Shown in pieces: positions 29,530 to 38,878 of a DNA stretch of 64,000 nt. The translations under genes were made by a program, and so were the position numbers. This DNA comes from Pseudomonadota bacterium. GTDB lineage: Bacteria > UBA10199 > 2-02-FULL-44-16 > JBDRGF01. Location of the stretch: positions 516 through 64,515 of the forward strand of contig JBDRGF010000060.1 in the NCBI GenBank assembly GCA_043818055.1, read 5' to 3'. Numbering within the stretch: the first letter of the stretch is position 1; each line of letters opens with the position of its first letter. The notes beneath the pieces are model-generated. The model had not been told where the DNA came from and ran no database searches. It saw nothing but the letters and a program-made list of their open reading frames with translations.

Positions 29530-30579
29530 TTATTTTATTTTATGGAGAGGTGTTAATTTATATTTAAATTTTAGTTCGACCGGTTTTTTTCCAACTCTAA
29601 ACACCTCTTTGGAAAGGCTTCTTGATATTCTATTTGAAACGGAGCTGGCGTGTCCTTTTTGAGCTTCATAGATTGTGGAGATAAGACCCTCTTCATCCTG
29701 TGAGATGACGATGTCCATCGGATATCTGACAAGGCTCTTAATGAAGTTTTCAATCTGATGGACGAGCGCCTTGCTCTTGCCTATCCCCATATATTTTCTC
29801 TTCAAATTAAAATCGCAGATAGATATGTCAAATCTGAAAGAGCTCTCCGGAGCGTCATGTTTTGCAAGTTTCTTGTCAGTTGGGAGAATAATACGATATG
29901 AAATTCTGCCGGAACGAAGTTTTTCGATCCACATCTGCCCACCTTCTTTAAGAAGAATGTTTCTTACGGTATCTATAAGCTCAAGTTCCGCGGGAACGCC
30001 TTCGTGTTCATAGAGCCTTGAGATCAATGATGCGCCGGTCTCACTCTTGAGCAATTCATCATCGGCATGAAAATCAAGCTGCACCGCTTTCCCGGTTCTA
30101 AACGCCACCTCAGAGGCAACGATACTAATTCTTCCTCCCATCGTGGAGTTTGTGGCCAGATATTTGAGCAGATTTGATATCGCCTTTTCGAGCCTATCTT
30201 CATCTATAAAAGCAGGAAGCAGACTCGATGACGCGGCGAAATGATATCGAATCTGTCTCGAGAGAAAGCTCATATCATATTTAGTGAGCATCTTTTTTAT
30301 CGTAGATAACACATCGACAAAATCTCCCTTGGTAGAGCTTTTTTCTTTGTTGGGGGTTTGACCAGCTGAAAGTTCCATGAGGGTGTTTCTTATGGAATGA
30401 AACGCGGAATTGATTTCGTGAGGCATCTCTCCCGGCCAGCTGCTCTCGATATATTCAAGTGTTGCGAGATGGTTTTGAGATGAGAATTCCGGTTTTTTCA
30501 CTTTTGCGCCCCGCTTCGTTTTCTTATTTTTTTTATCCTCTTTTTTCTTCATGTCGGCGGTATAAATATCACATGGCAT
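29530..30579 (-). CDS. hypothetical protein with a histidine-kinase-like ATPase fold (orphan)
   Basis: Putative H-box FHSIRNTL; N-box-like NLLKYLATN; G-rich segment. Weak evidence. Confidence 0.3.
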   Translation of the reverse strand: MPCDIYTADMKKKEDKKNKKTKRGAKVKKPEFSSQNHLATLEYIESSWPGEMPHEINSAFHSIRNTLMELSAGQTPNKEKSSTKGDFVDVLSTIKKMLTKYDMSFLSRQIRYHFAASSSLLPAFIDEDRLEKAISNLLKYLATNSTMGGRISIVASEVAFRTGKAVQLDFHADDELLKSETGASLISRLYEHEGVPAELELIDTVRNILLKEGGQMWIEKLRSGRISYRIILPTDKKLAKHDAPESSFRFDISICDFNLKRKYMGIGKSKALVHQIENFIKSLVRYPMDIVISQDEEGLISTIYEAQKGHASSVSNRISRSLSKEVFRVGKKPVELKFKYKLTPLHKIK

Positions 30580-30783
30580 GCTTCGAACACAAGAAAGTTA
30601 TGGGGGTGGGTGTAACGCTCCGATTGCAGTGCGGATAAGAAATAAATTGCATTACAATTATCTGTTTAAAAAACGGTGGAGGGCTTCTTAATAAACCACC
30701 GCTATTAAAATCTTTTTGGTTTGTTTTTTCTTAACTTCTTGTTATCACCGCTTTACAACCCTTAGAGAAAATATGAGAGGTGA

Positions 30784-31386
30784 TTGATGATAGAAACACT
30801 GACGATCCGTCAAATTCCGGTCGGTCCCATGATGAATTTCTCTTATTTGGTGGGAGACCCAAAGAGCGGAAAAGCGGTGATAATCGATCCCTGCTGGGAG
30901 GCCGAAAAGCTGATAGCGAGGGCGATGTCGGATGCTTTAAACATCTCTTTTTTGCTTGCGACGCACGCTCATTTCGATCATATCAATGCTCTCGAGCCCC
31001 TTTGTGAGCAGCTGAAGATCCCGGTGTATGTTCACGAGTCGGAGGCGGATGAATTGCCGGAAGGAATACGGGTTGAGAAGACGAAAGAGGGGACAATCAT
31101 TCCATTGGGAGATCATGAGTTTAAATGTTTGCATACGCCTGGTCACACGCCGGGCTCTCAATGTTTTTTGATCGATGGAAATTTGTTCACAGGGGATACG
31201 CTCTTTGTCGAATCATGCGGCAGAGTGGATCTTCCCGGCGGAGACGAGTCGGTGATGAGGGCGTCTCTCAAGCGTTTATCGGAGCTTCCCTCGTCGACCA
31301 TAGTCTATCCCGGACACGACTATGGCTCTAAGCCATCCAGCACCATTGACTATGAAAAAAAGAACAACCCGTTCATGGGAGGATAG
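30784..31386 (+). CDS. MBL-fold metallo-hydrolase (glyoxalase II-like)
   Basis: HAHFDH motif; 200 aa. Confidence 0.75.
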   Translation: MMIETLTIRQIPVGPMMNFSYLVGDPKSGKAVIIDPCWEAEKLIARAMSDALNISFLLATHAHFDHINALEPLCEQLKIPVYVHESEADELPEGIRVEKTKEGTIIPLGDHEFKCLHTPGHTPGSQCFLIDGNLFTGDTLFVESCGRVDLPGGDESVMRASLKRLSELPSSTIVYPGHDYGSKPSSTIDYEKKNNPFMGG

Positions 31387-33225
31387 ATGAGAAGGGCATT
31401 TCTTACAGAGCTGAATGAAAACGGAATTTTGGCCGATGGAGCCATAGGGACCGAGCTTTACAAGCGCGGCATGTTTCTGAACCGCTGCTATGATGAGCTC
31501 AATATCTCCCAGCCGGAATTGATCAAGGGTATTCATCGCGAATATATCGATGCCGGCTCTCACCTAATCGAAACAAACACCTTTATTGCAAATCGTCCCG
31601 CCCTCTCCGCGCACGGCCTTGAGGATAAGGTGAGGCTTATCAATCTTGCGGGTGCGAAGATTGCCAGAGAGGTTGCGGGAGATGATATCTATGTTGCAGG
31701 CTCTGTAGGGCCGCTGCGATGGGCATTTAAGGGAAGAAACCTTACTGACGCTGATCTCGACTCAGCATATCGCGAACAGATCGAGGCGCTTGCTGAAGGT
31801 GGGGTTGACGCGATAATCTTTGAAACCTTTACATCGATCTCGGAGCTAGAGGCTGCTTTCAAGGCAGCAAAAAAGGTTTGTAATCTTCCGATGGTCACGC
31901 AGGTCACGCTCAAATATCTTGGCGAGGGGATGTTCACCGGAATCGATCCTCAGATGGCCGCCTGCAAAATGCAAGCCTGGGGCGCGGATGTCATAGGAGT
32001 CAACTGCTGTGACGGACCTCAGGGGGTCTTTGAGGCGGTGAAGGAGATGGCAAAGGTGACGAAGAGGCCACTCTCGGCAATGCCTAATTGCGGATTGCCG
32101 CAGGTTGTTGAGGGAAGGCTCAGATATTTGGCAACGCCGGAATATATGGGGGAATACGCGAGGCGTTATGCGCAGGCGGGGGTGCGTCTGATAGGTGGGT
32201 GCTGCGGAACCACGCCGGATCATATTCGCGAGATGGCAAAATTTCTGAAATCGGTGAGACCTGTGACGGTCAAAACGCCCGAAAAAGAGTGTGTGGGTGT
32301 AAAAGAGGCTCAGCCGGAGAGAAAAAGAATAAACCCCTCTCATAAGAGTCAATTTGGCAACATGCTGGGTAAAAAGTTTCAGATTTCAGTTGAGTTATAC
32401 CCACCACTTGGAACGGATACTCAGAAGGCCATCGATGGTGCTAAAATGCTTAAGGATTTTGGCGTCGACGCTGTCAATATTGCCGACGGTCCACGCGCTA
32501 TGGCGCGGATGAATCCTATCGCGATGGCAGTTATTCTGAAACAGAAGATGGATATTGAGGTGATAGTTCATTACTGCTGTCGTGACAGGAATCTCTTAGG
32601 CATGCAGATGGATCTCTTGGGGGCGGTGGCGCTTAACCTCAACAACATGCTCTTCATCACAGGAGATCCGCCAAAGATGGGAAACTATCCGAACGCGACG
32701 GCGGTCTTTGATATCGATTCGATAAGCCTGATACGCTTTGCCGACAACATGAATAACGGAATGGACTTTGCGAACCGTCCGCTGGGCGGGAATACAAAAA
32801 TTCTCATAGGCTGCGGCGTAAATCCCGGGGCGGTCGATTTGGATATCGAAGTGGAGAGATATAAACAAAAGGTAGAAGCCGGGGCCGAGTTTGTCTTTTC
32901 ACAGCCGAGTTTTGATGTAAAACTTTTGGAGGCCTTTTTCAAAAAGACCTCCGATGTGAGAGAGATCCCATTTTTTGTCGGAGTCCTGCCTCTCGTATCA
33001 CTAAGAAACGCCGAATTCCTGGACAACGAAGTCCCCGGCATGCAGGTCCCAGACCAGATCATGAAAAAGATGAAAGAGGCCAAGTCGAAGGAAAAACAGC
33101 TGGAAGTAGGTCTTGCGGTCGCAAGGGAATCTCTTCAGGCTGCAAAAGGCATGGACCGCGTCAAAGGCGCCTACATCATGCCACCGTTTGGAAGGTATGA
33201 ACTCATCAAATCGCTTATCAGGTGA
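31387..33225 (+). CDS. bifunctional homocysteine S-methyltransferase / methylenetetrahydrofolate reductase
   Basis: N-terminal Hcy-binding domain with GGCCGTTPDHI; C-terminal MetF-like TIM barrel. Confidence 0.8.
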   Translation: MRRAFLTELNENGILADGAIGTELYKRGMFLNRCYDELNISQPELIKGIHREYIDAGSHLIETNTFIANRPALSAHGLEDKVRLINLAGAKIAREVAGDDIYVAGSVGPLRWAFKGRNLTDADLDSAYREQIEALAEGGVDAIIFETFTSISELEAAFKAAKKVCNLPMVTQVTLKYLGEGMFTGIDPQMAACKMQAWGADVIGVNCCDGPQGVFEAVKEMAKVTKRPLSAMPNCGLPQVVEGRLRYLATPEYMGEYARRYAQAGVRLIGGCCGTTPDHIREMAKFLKSVRPVTVKTPEKECVGVKEAQPERKRINPSHKSQFGNMLGKKFQISVELYPPLGTDTQKAIDGAKMLKDFGVDAVNIADGPRAMARMNPIAMAVILKQKMDIEVIVHYCCRDRNLLGMQMDLLGAVALNLNNMLFITGDPPKMGNYPNATAVFDIDSISLIRFADNMNNGMDFANRPLGGNTKILIGCGVNPGAVDLDIEVERYKQKVEAGAEFVFSQPSFDVKLLEAFFKKTSDVREIPFFVGVLPLVSLRNAEFLDNEVPGMQVPDQIMKKMKEAKSKEKQLEVGLAVARESLQAAKGMDRVKGAYIMPPFGRYELIKSLIR

Positions 33226-33267
33226 ATTTATAAAAATGCTTGACCATGCTCCATAAATGGCGTACAT

Positions 33268-34443
33268 TTGTGGAGTATGTTCCATAGACTACTTAACCCG
33301 CTTAAATCTAATAGTTTTTTTATATTTGGTGCAAGAGGCACCGGTAAAACCACATTTCTAAAGAGTTTTTTTTCAAACATCAAGACTATCTGGATAGATT
33401 TATTAGATCCGACAGTGGAAGATAATTACTCCCGCCGGCCAAATCTACTTGGCCAACAGATAGAGGCAGTTTTGGGAGATATCGAATGGGTTGTTATAGA
33501 TGAGATTCAAAAGACCCCAAAACTTTTAAACCTGGTTCATAAGTATATTGAAGAATATAATATTAAATTTGCTCTTACGGGATCCAGTGCAAGAAAACTT
33601 AAAAGAGGCTCAGCTAATCTGCTAGCTGGCAGAGCATTTATGAATTATCTTTTTCCGCTCACGCATGTAGAGATGGGAGAATTTTTTGACTTAGGATCTG
33701 CCTTGCAGTGGGGAACATTGCCAAAGGCAGTTCTTTTAAATAGTCCTGAAGAAAAGAAAGCATTTTTGGATGCATATGCACTTACTTATTTAAAGGAGGA
33801 AATCTGGGGGGAACATATCATCAGAGAGCTCGATCCATTCAGAAGATTTTTGGAGATTGCGGCTCAGATGAATGGGGAGGTGATTAATTATACAAATATT
33901 GGGAAAGATGTCGGCGCTGATACAAAGACCATACAATCCTATTTTGAGATATTAGAGGATACACTTATAGGGACATTGTTAGAACCATTCCATTTATCCA
34001 TTCGGAAAAGACAGAGAAAGAATCCAAAGTTTTATTTCTTTGATACAGGGGTCTCGAGAGCTCTGGAAAAAACTCTGCTTCAACCTCTTTTGCCGAACAC
34101 CTTTTCCTTCGGAAAAACTTTTGAGCACTTTATTATATCAGAGGCGCATAGGTTGAATGTATATCATAATCTTGATTTTCAGTTTTCATATTTAAGAACT
34201 AAAGAGGATGCGGAAATCGATCTTATCATTGAGAGGAGAGGCATGCCCACAGCCCTTGTCGAGATCAAGTCAACAGACTCCATCGATGAAAGACACACAA
34301 GAACTCTTGAGCTGTTTTTGAAAGATTTAAAAAATGCCCAGGGTTACTGTTTTTCAAGAGATCCCATTCGCAAAAAAATAGGTCATGTCAACGTCCTCCC
34401 TTGGCAGGAAGGTTTAAAGCAAGTAGGGCTTTTGGGGAAATAA
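33268..34443 (+). CDS. AAA-family ATPase with a DUF4143-type C-terminal domain
   Basis: P-loop GARGTGKTT; COG1373 architecture; this is where AT-rich composition begins. Confidence 0.7.
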   Translation: MWSMFHRLLNPLKSNSFFIFGARGTGKTTFLKSFFSNIKTIWIDLLDPTVEDNYSRRPNLLGQQIEAVLGDIEWVVIDEIQKTPKLLNLVHKYIEEYNIKFALTGSSARKLKRGSANLLAGRAFMNYLFPLTHVEMGEFFDLGSALQWGTLPKAVLLNSPEEKKAFLDAYALTYLKEEIWGEHIIRELDPFRRFLEIAAQMNGEVINYTNIGKDVGADTKTIQSYFEILEDTLIGTLLEPFHLSIRKRQRKNPKFYFFDTGVSRALEKTLLQPLLPNTFSFGKTFEHFIISEAHRLNVYHNLDFQFSYLRTKEDAEIDLIIERRGMPTALVEIKSTDSIDERHTRTLELFLKDLKNAQGYCFSRDPIRKKIGHVNVLPWQEGLKQVGLLGK

Positions 34444-34489
34444 TAAGAACATGTTGGGAATCAAAGAAACACATGGTATTGGTAGATAA

Positions 34490-35035
34490 TTACAAATACC
34501 AGCCCAAGTGAAGATAACCTATAGGTGCATAAAAATTAGTTCCACCGATTCTGTGGTAACCAAAGCTTATCTCTGGTGAAAGAACAAAATGTTTTGTCAT
34601 TCTAAATTCATATCCTGCACCAGTACTGAAGCCAAAACCCATTTTTGTATCCATTTGGGCGCCTCGGTCATTATACCGGGCATCTGAAAAACCAACGCCT
34701 GCGTTTGCATAAAAATTATTCCACAAAAAGACCTGGGTCTTTGCCTGTCCTGAGAGAAGCATCATTGTCCTCATTTCTCCACCAATTTTACGCCTGGTGA
34801 AGAGGCTGGAATCATCATAATAAAGAGATATTTTTTCATTGAACGCATAGCCGATTCTAAAACCAAGACCACCTGCAACCATCTTTATATGATTTGTTTC
34901 TGTTCCTACCATGGGACCGAATCCAATTAAGAACCCCTTTCTATTTGCAAACTCTTTATCCTCAGCACTTGCCGCATTGATAATGACAAAAGAAAAAATG
35001 AGAAGTGATAAACCCAAAATGAACGTTTTACGCAT
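34490..35035 (-). CDS. small outer-membrane beta-barrel protein (OmpW/OmpA-like)
   Basis: Signal peptide, alternating amphipathic strands, aromatic C-terminus. Confidence 0.55.
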   Translation of the reverse strand: MRKTFILGLSLLIFSFVIINAASAEDKEFANRKGFLIGFGPMVGTETNHIKMVAGGLGFRIGYAFNEKISLYYDDSSLFTRRKIGGEMRTMMLLSGQAKTQVFLWNNFYANAGVGFSDARYNDRGAQMDTKMGFGFSTGAGYEFRMTKHFVLSPEISFGYHRIGGTNFYAPIGYLHLGWYL

Positions 35036-35084
35036 ATGGATCTCCTTTTAAGGTATTAATGAATGTGATTTGTAGCATATTAGC

Positions 35085-35096
35085 GGGGGGGGGGGG
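35085..35096. repeat. G12 homopolymer tract about 50 bp upstream of the OMP start codon
   Basis: Counted directly: 12 consecutive G. Confidence 0.9.
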
Positions 35097-35223
35097 CAAT
35101 AAAAAAATTGATAGTTTGTTAGGGGCATCTTGCTTTAAGATCTATAGGAGAGGCTGTGTTTTTACCACATACCACATGCGCTTTTTTAAGGTCAATTTTC
35201 ATATCAATATCAATTTTTAACAT

Positions 35224-35259
35224 TGTCCGGACTGTAGTCTAGGATTCCGGACATTTTTT
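35224..35259 (+). terminator. hairpin TGTCCGGA...TCCGGACA plus T6
   Basis: Seen directly. It follows a 14-codon ORF (35179-35223); this may be a small transcript upstream of the cluster promoter. Confidence 0.35.
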
Positions 35260-35327
35260 GTTCATATCAAAATTACACCAAACATCAAAACTCTGATATA
35301 TCAACAAGTTATCCTCCTTAATAATCT

Positions 35328-35342
35328 TGGCACAACAATTGC
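35328..35342 (+). promoter_or_regulatory. sigma54 promoter TGGCACaacaaTTGC driving the AT-rich cluster
   Basis: cTTGGCACAacaATTGCTATA is nearly identical to the promoter at 854; it lies 76 bp upstream of the GTG at 35418. Confidence 0.6.
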
Positions 35343-35417
35343 TATATGGATTTCCAAAGCTCAGGCAAAAACAATTATAACTACTGATATAAAATGTAAC
35401 AATAAGCGGAGGATGCT

Positions 35418-36554
35418 GTGACTGGCCATAATGCCTATACCCCAAACAAAATAGCAAATGATCATCTTCGATCATATACAACTTCTAACTTAAATATTTT
35501 TGAAAGACCGCCGTCTTATTCTTCTTGTAGTTCCCCCATTCGTTATGAAATCCGTAAAGGTCTTTTAGCTGGAAAGTATGTAGGTAGAGTAGTTGTTTTT
35601 CTTAGAGGCGCAGGATGTGAATGGATGAAAACTGGTGGTGGTTGCACCATGTGTGGCTTTCATTTGGCGACGAATGCAGGAGTGAAAATAAATGATGAAG
35701 CTCAATTTGAACAGGTAGAAAAGGCTCTGAATGAGACTCGTAAATATCATTTTCCCATATTATGCCTTTATAACGATGGTAGTTTTTTAAATGCTAATGA
35801 AATATCCAGAGGGGTTGTTGCCAAAATTTTAAACTTAATAAATAAATCTACCTGGATAAAAAAACTAGTCGTTGAAAGCAGGCCGGAATATATCACCGAT
35901 GAATCATTATTATTCGTCAAAAATCATCTTTCTATTGATTTTAAAATTGCAGTAGGACTTGAGACCACCTCTGACCAGATCAGATATAATTGTCTTAATA
36001 AAGGCTTTTCATTGGAGGATTTTAAGAGAGCATTTATGACGATCCTCTCTTATGGCTATCAAATCAAGCCACTTCTGCTAGTTAAACCACCCTTCTTAAC
36101 TGAAAGGGAGGCCATTGATGATTGTGTCAATTCAATTGGCCAACTAAAAGACATGGGAGTGCCCGCTGTTGATTTGGAGATTATGACTATTCAGGAGGGG
36201 ACACTCGTTTATAAATTATGGCAAAAAGGTTTGTATGCAACACCTTCATTGTGGTCTGTTTTAGAAATTATTTCAAAAAGCCCAAGTGATTATCCAGTAT
36301 ACATTAGTCCTATACAATATTCAGTTGATCAGTTTTTCCAAATGGCAAACTGTAGAGTTTGTTTTGAAGCAATATCAAATAAGATAATCAATTCATATAA
36401 TGTAAATCTGAATAGACAAGAGCTCTTAGTCTTGGTCAATAGGTTCGATTGTTTTTGTAGGCATAACTGGCAAGAAAAACTGAAGGAACATGATGATAGA
36501 CCATTAAAACTTCGAAGCACAGAGATGATTAAGATTCTGAAAGGAAAACGCTGA
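35418..36554 (+). CDS. radical-SAM-like enzyme with non-canonical Cx8Cx2C spacing
   Basis: GAGCEWMKTGGGCTMCG cluster, plus C-terminal CxxC and CFC; GTG start with a GGAGG RBS. Confidence 0.45.
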   Translation: MTGHNAYTPNKIANDHLRSYTTSNLNIFERPPSYSSCSSPIRYEIRKGLLAGKYVGRVVVFLRGAGCEWMKTGGGCTMCGFHLATNAGVKINDEAQFEQVEKALNETRKYHFPILCLYNDGSFLNANEISRGVVAKILNLINKSTWIKKLVVESRPEYITDESLLFVKNHLSIDFKIAVGLETTSDQIRYNCLNKGFSLEDFKRAFMTILSYGYQIKPLLLVKPPFLTEREAIDDCVNSIGQLKDMGVPAVDLEIMTIQEGTLVYKLWQKGLYATPSLWSVLEIISKSPSDYPVYISPIQYSVDQFFQMANCRVCFEAISNKIINSYNVNLNRQELLVLVNRFDCFCRHNWQEKLKEHDDRPLKLRSTEMIKILKGKR

Positions 36555-37729
36555 TGAATTTGAAAAAGAAATCCTGGGTAGAAATTAGCAGAAATAAATT
36601 GCTTAGCAATATTGCAACTATAAGATCCTGTGTTGGAAATAATCAAAAAATAGGTGCAATGTTAAAAGGTAATGCTTATGGGCATGGTATTTTAGAAACT
36701 CTCGAATGCATTGCTCATGAAGTGGACTTGTTTTGCGTAATTGCGCCTGAAGATGCAATCAACATACACAGGTATCTGTTGAACAATAATATAAAAGGTA
36801 AAAGAATATTGGTTGTTGGCCCGGTAAACGAAACAGAGATTATATCTCTTTGCGATGCAGGGGTAGAAATAGCTATTGCAGATTTGGGATGGGAATCATT
36901 TATTTCAAAGCTTAAAAAATATTCGCTAAAAAATAAGATAAAAGTACATATATACATCGATACAGGACTTGGAAGAGAAGGGATTGCTAACAATGACCTT
37001 TCAAGCCTTTTGTTTCTAGAAAGAGCTAAAGATCTAATAGATATTGTTGGAGTAATGACCCACTTTTCAAATGCAGACATTATTGGCCCTCCTGAATATG
37101 CAAAATTACAACTTGAAAACTTTTATAAAGGTATTGATGTTCTTCGTTCATTAATCTCTGGGAGTGAGAAGTGGCAATTTCATACCTCTGCTAGTTCCCC
37201 TTCACTTCTGTTTCAGGATGCAATTGGTGATTTCATACGTCCAGGAATTGGTCTATATGGGCATTGGACTTCACCGGAAACGGAGTGGAGTTGTAAAATA
37301 AAACACCAAAGATCTGTAATGTTAATGCCGGCGCTCAGTTGGAGATGTGAAACCCAGATCATAAAAAGATTAAACGCTGGATGTGCTACTGGTTACGATC
37401 TTGCCTATATATGCCAAAAACCAATGACAATAGGGGTTTTGCCAATTGGTTACTATGACGGTTATCCATATCAGGCTAGTGGGAAATCATACGTTTTGAT
37501 TAAAGGAAAACGATGTCCAATTCTTGGCAATATCATGATGAATAATATTGTTGTTGATTTGACAGATATTGAAGTATCTTCTTCTATCGAGGAACAAGCG
37601 GTTGCTACATTGATTGGAAATGACGGTGATGAAACTATTACAGCAGAAATGGTTGCTAAGTGGTCAAACAGCATCAACTATCAAGTATTGACAGGAATAG
37701 GAGATCACTTAAAAAGAATAATAGTATGA
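36554..37729 (+). CDS. alanine racemase family PLP enzyme
   Basis: PLP-lysine motif AMLKGNAYGHG; fold-type III N-terminal barrel plus C-terminal domain. Confidence 0.75.
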   Translation: MNLKKKSWVEISRNKLLSNIATIRSCVGNNQKIGAMLKGNAYGHGILETLECIAHEVDLFCVIAPEDAINIHRYLLNNNIKGKRILVVGPVNETEIISLCDAGVEIAIADLGWESFISKLKKYSLKNKIKVHIYIDTGLGREGIANNDLSSLLFLERAKDLIDIVGVMTHFSNADIIGPPEYAKLQLENFYKGIDVLRSLISGSEKWQFHTSASSPSLLFQDAIGDFIRPGIGLYGHWTSPETEWSCKIKHQRSVMLMPALSWRCETQIIKRLNAGCATGYDLAYICQKPMTIGVLPIGYYDGYPYQASGKSYVLIKGKRCPILGNIMMNNIVVDLTDIEVSSSIEEQAVATLIGNDGDETITAEMVAKWSNSINYQVLTGIGDHLKRIIV

Positions 37730-37759
37730 AAAATAGTAAGTAAGGGTAAAGGTAAAGCA

Positions 37760-38869
37760 ATGAATAATGAAATTTTAGCACAAGCAAATGAAGTTTCTAA
37801 GTCCTATCGACAGGTCAATAGAGGGAAATCATTTTTTGATTCTTTAAAGAACATATGGAATCCCTCATATACAGAAAAAGAGGCTCTTAAAACACTTTCT
37901 TTTTCTATCAAGAGAGGAGAAATAGTTGGACTTCTTGGTCCCAATGGTGCGGGCAAATCAACCTTCGTAAAGATACTTTGTGGTTTAATTGTGCCTACCA
38001 ATGGAAATGTTGCTGTCATGGGACATGATCCCAGCGATAAAGATTTTAATTTAAAACATCATCTTGGAGTGATTTTTGGGCAAAAATCATCACTATGGTG
38101 GGATCTTTCGATTAAGGAAAATATTAAAATATTTGCAGCCATTTATAATAAACAGTCAGTTATTGATCAAGAGTGGATAGAGCAGTTGATAACCAGGCTG
38201 GATCTCAAACATGTGATTGATACTCCTATTAGAAATTTAAGCCTTGGTGAGCGAGTAAAAAGTGAACTGGTTTCTGTCTTGCTCTATAAACCTACGCTCT
38301 TGGTTTTAGATGAACCTACAATAGGACTGGATGTAACTTCAAAGAAAGAAATAAGAACACTATTGAAGGAATTGGCGAGTGAGCAGGGAATGTCCATTTT
38401 ACTGACTTCACATGACATGGTAGATATTGAAAGCTGTTGCCAAAGGGTTGTGATAATAGATAAGGGAGAAAAAATATTTGAAGGTTCTATTTCAAATTTG
38501 AGAAAGCAGATTGACCCACTAAAAACAATTATTGTCAGATTGCCAATACAATCTAAAGAGAACGAATTAAATTTAGAAAGTATAATTAAAAATAAATTAG
38601 AATATCTTAGTAATAAATATCCTCTGAAAATATCTATTTCTAATTCATTAGTCGAAACTCTAGGTTGCATATACCCAAACAATGGTGTGTCGGAAGATTC
38701 CATTATTCAAATTGACTTAGAGGAAAAATATTCCAGCAGTGTTCTTGGGGTATTGCTAGGGATAGAAAATGATCTGGATATTGAGATCAGACCGCGGTCA
38801 TTAGAATCGTTAATCGTTAAATTTTTCAAAGATAACAAGGAAGCGAGTGAATCAAGAACGGGACCCTAA
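37760..38869 (+). CDS. ABC transporter ATP-binding protein with an approximately 120-aa C-terminal extension
   Basis: GLLGPNGAGKST, LSLGERVK, LVLDEPTIGLD. Confidence 0.85.
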   Translation: MNNEILAQANEVSKSYRQVNRGKSFFDSLKNIWNPSYTEKEALKTLSFSIKRGEIVGLLGPNGAGKSTFVKILCGLIVPTNGNVAVMGHDPSDKDFNLKHHLGVIFGQKSSLWWDLSIKENIKIFAAIYNKQSVIDQEWIEQLITRLDLKHVIDTPIRNLSLGERVKSELVSVLLYKPTLLVLDEPTIGLDVTSKKEIRTLLKELASEQGMSILLTSHDMVDIESCCQRVVIIDKGEKIFEGSISNLRKQIDPLKTIIVRLPIQSKENELNLESIIKNKLEYLSNKYPLKISISNSLVETLGCIYPNNGVSEDSIIQIDLEEKYSSSVLGVLLGIENDLDIEIRPRSLESLIVKFFKDNKEASESRTGP

Positions 38870-38878
38870 AGGACAGTA

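Noticed and set aside
35179-35223. 14-codon ORF (MRFFKVNFHININF) as a precursor peptide for the downstream cluster
   Set aside because: It is too short and low-complexity. It lies upstream of the sigma54 promoter and is separated by a terminator hairpin. There is no leader or core architecture.
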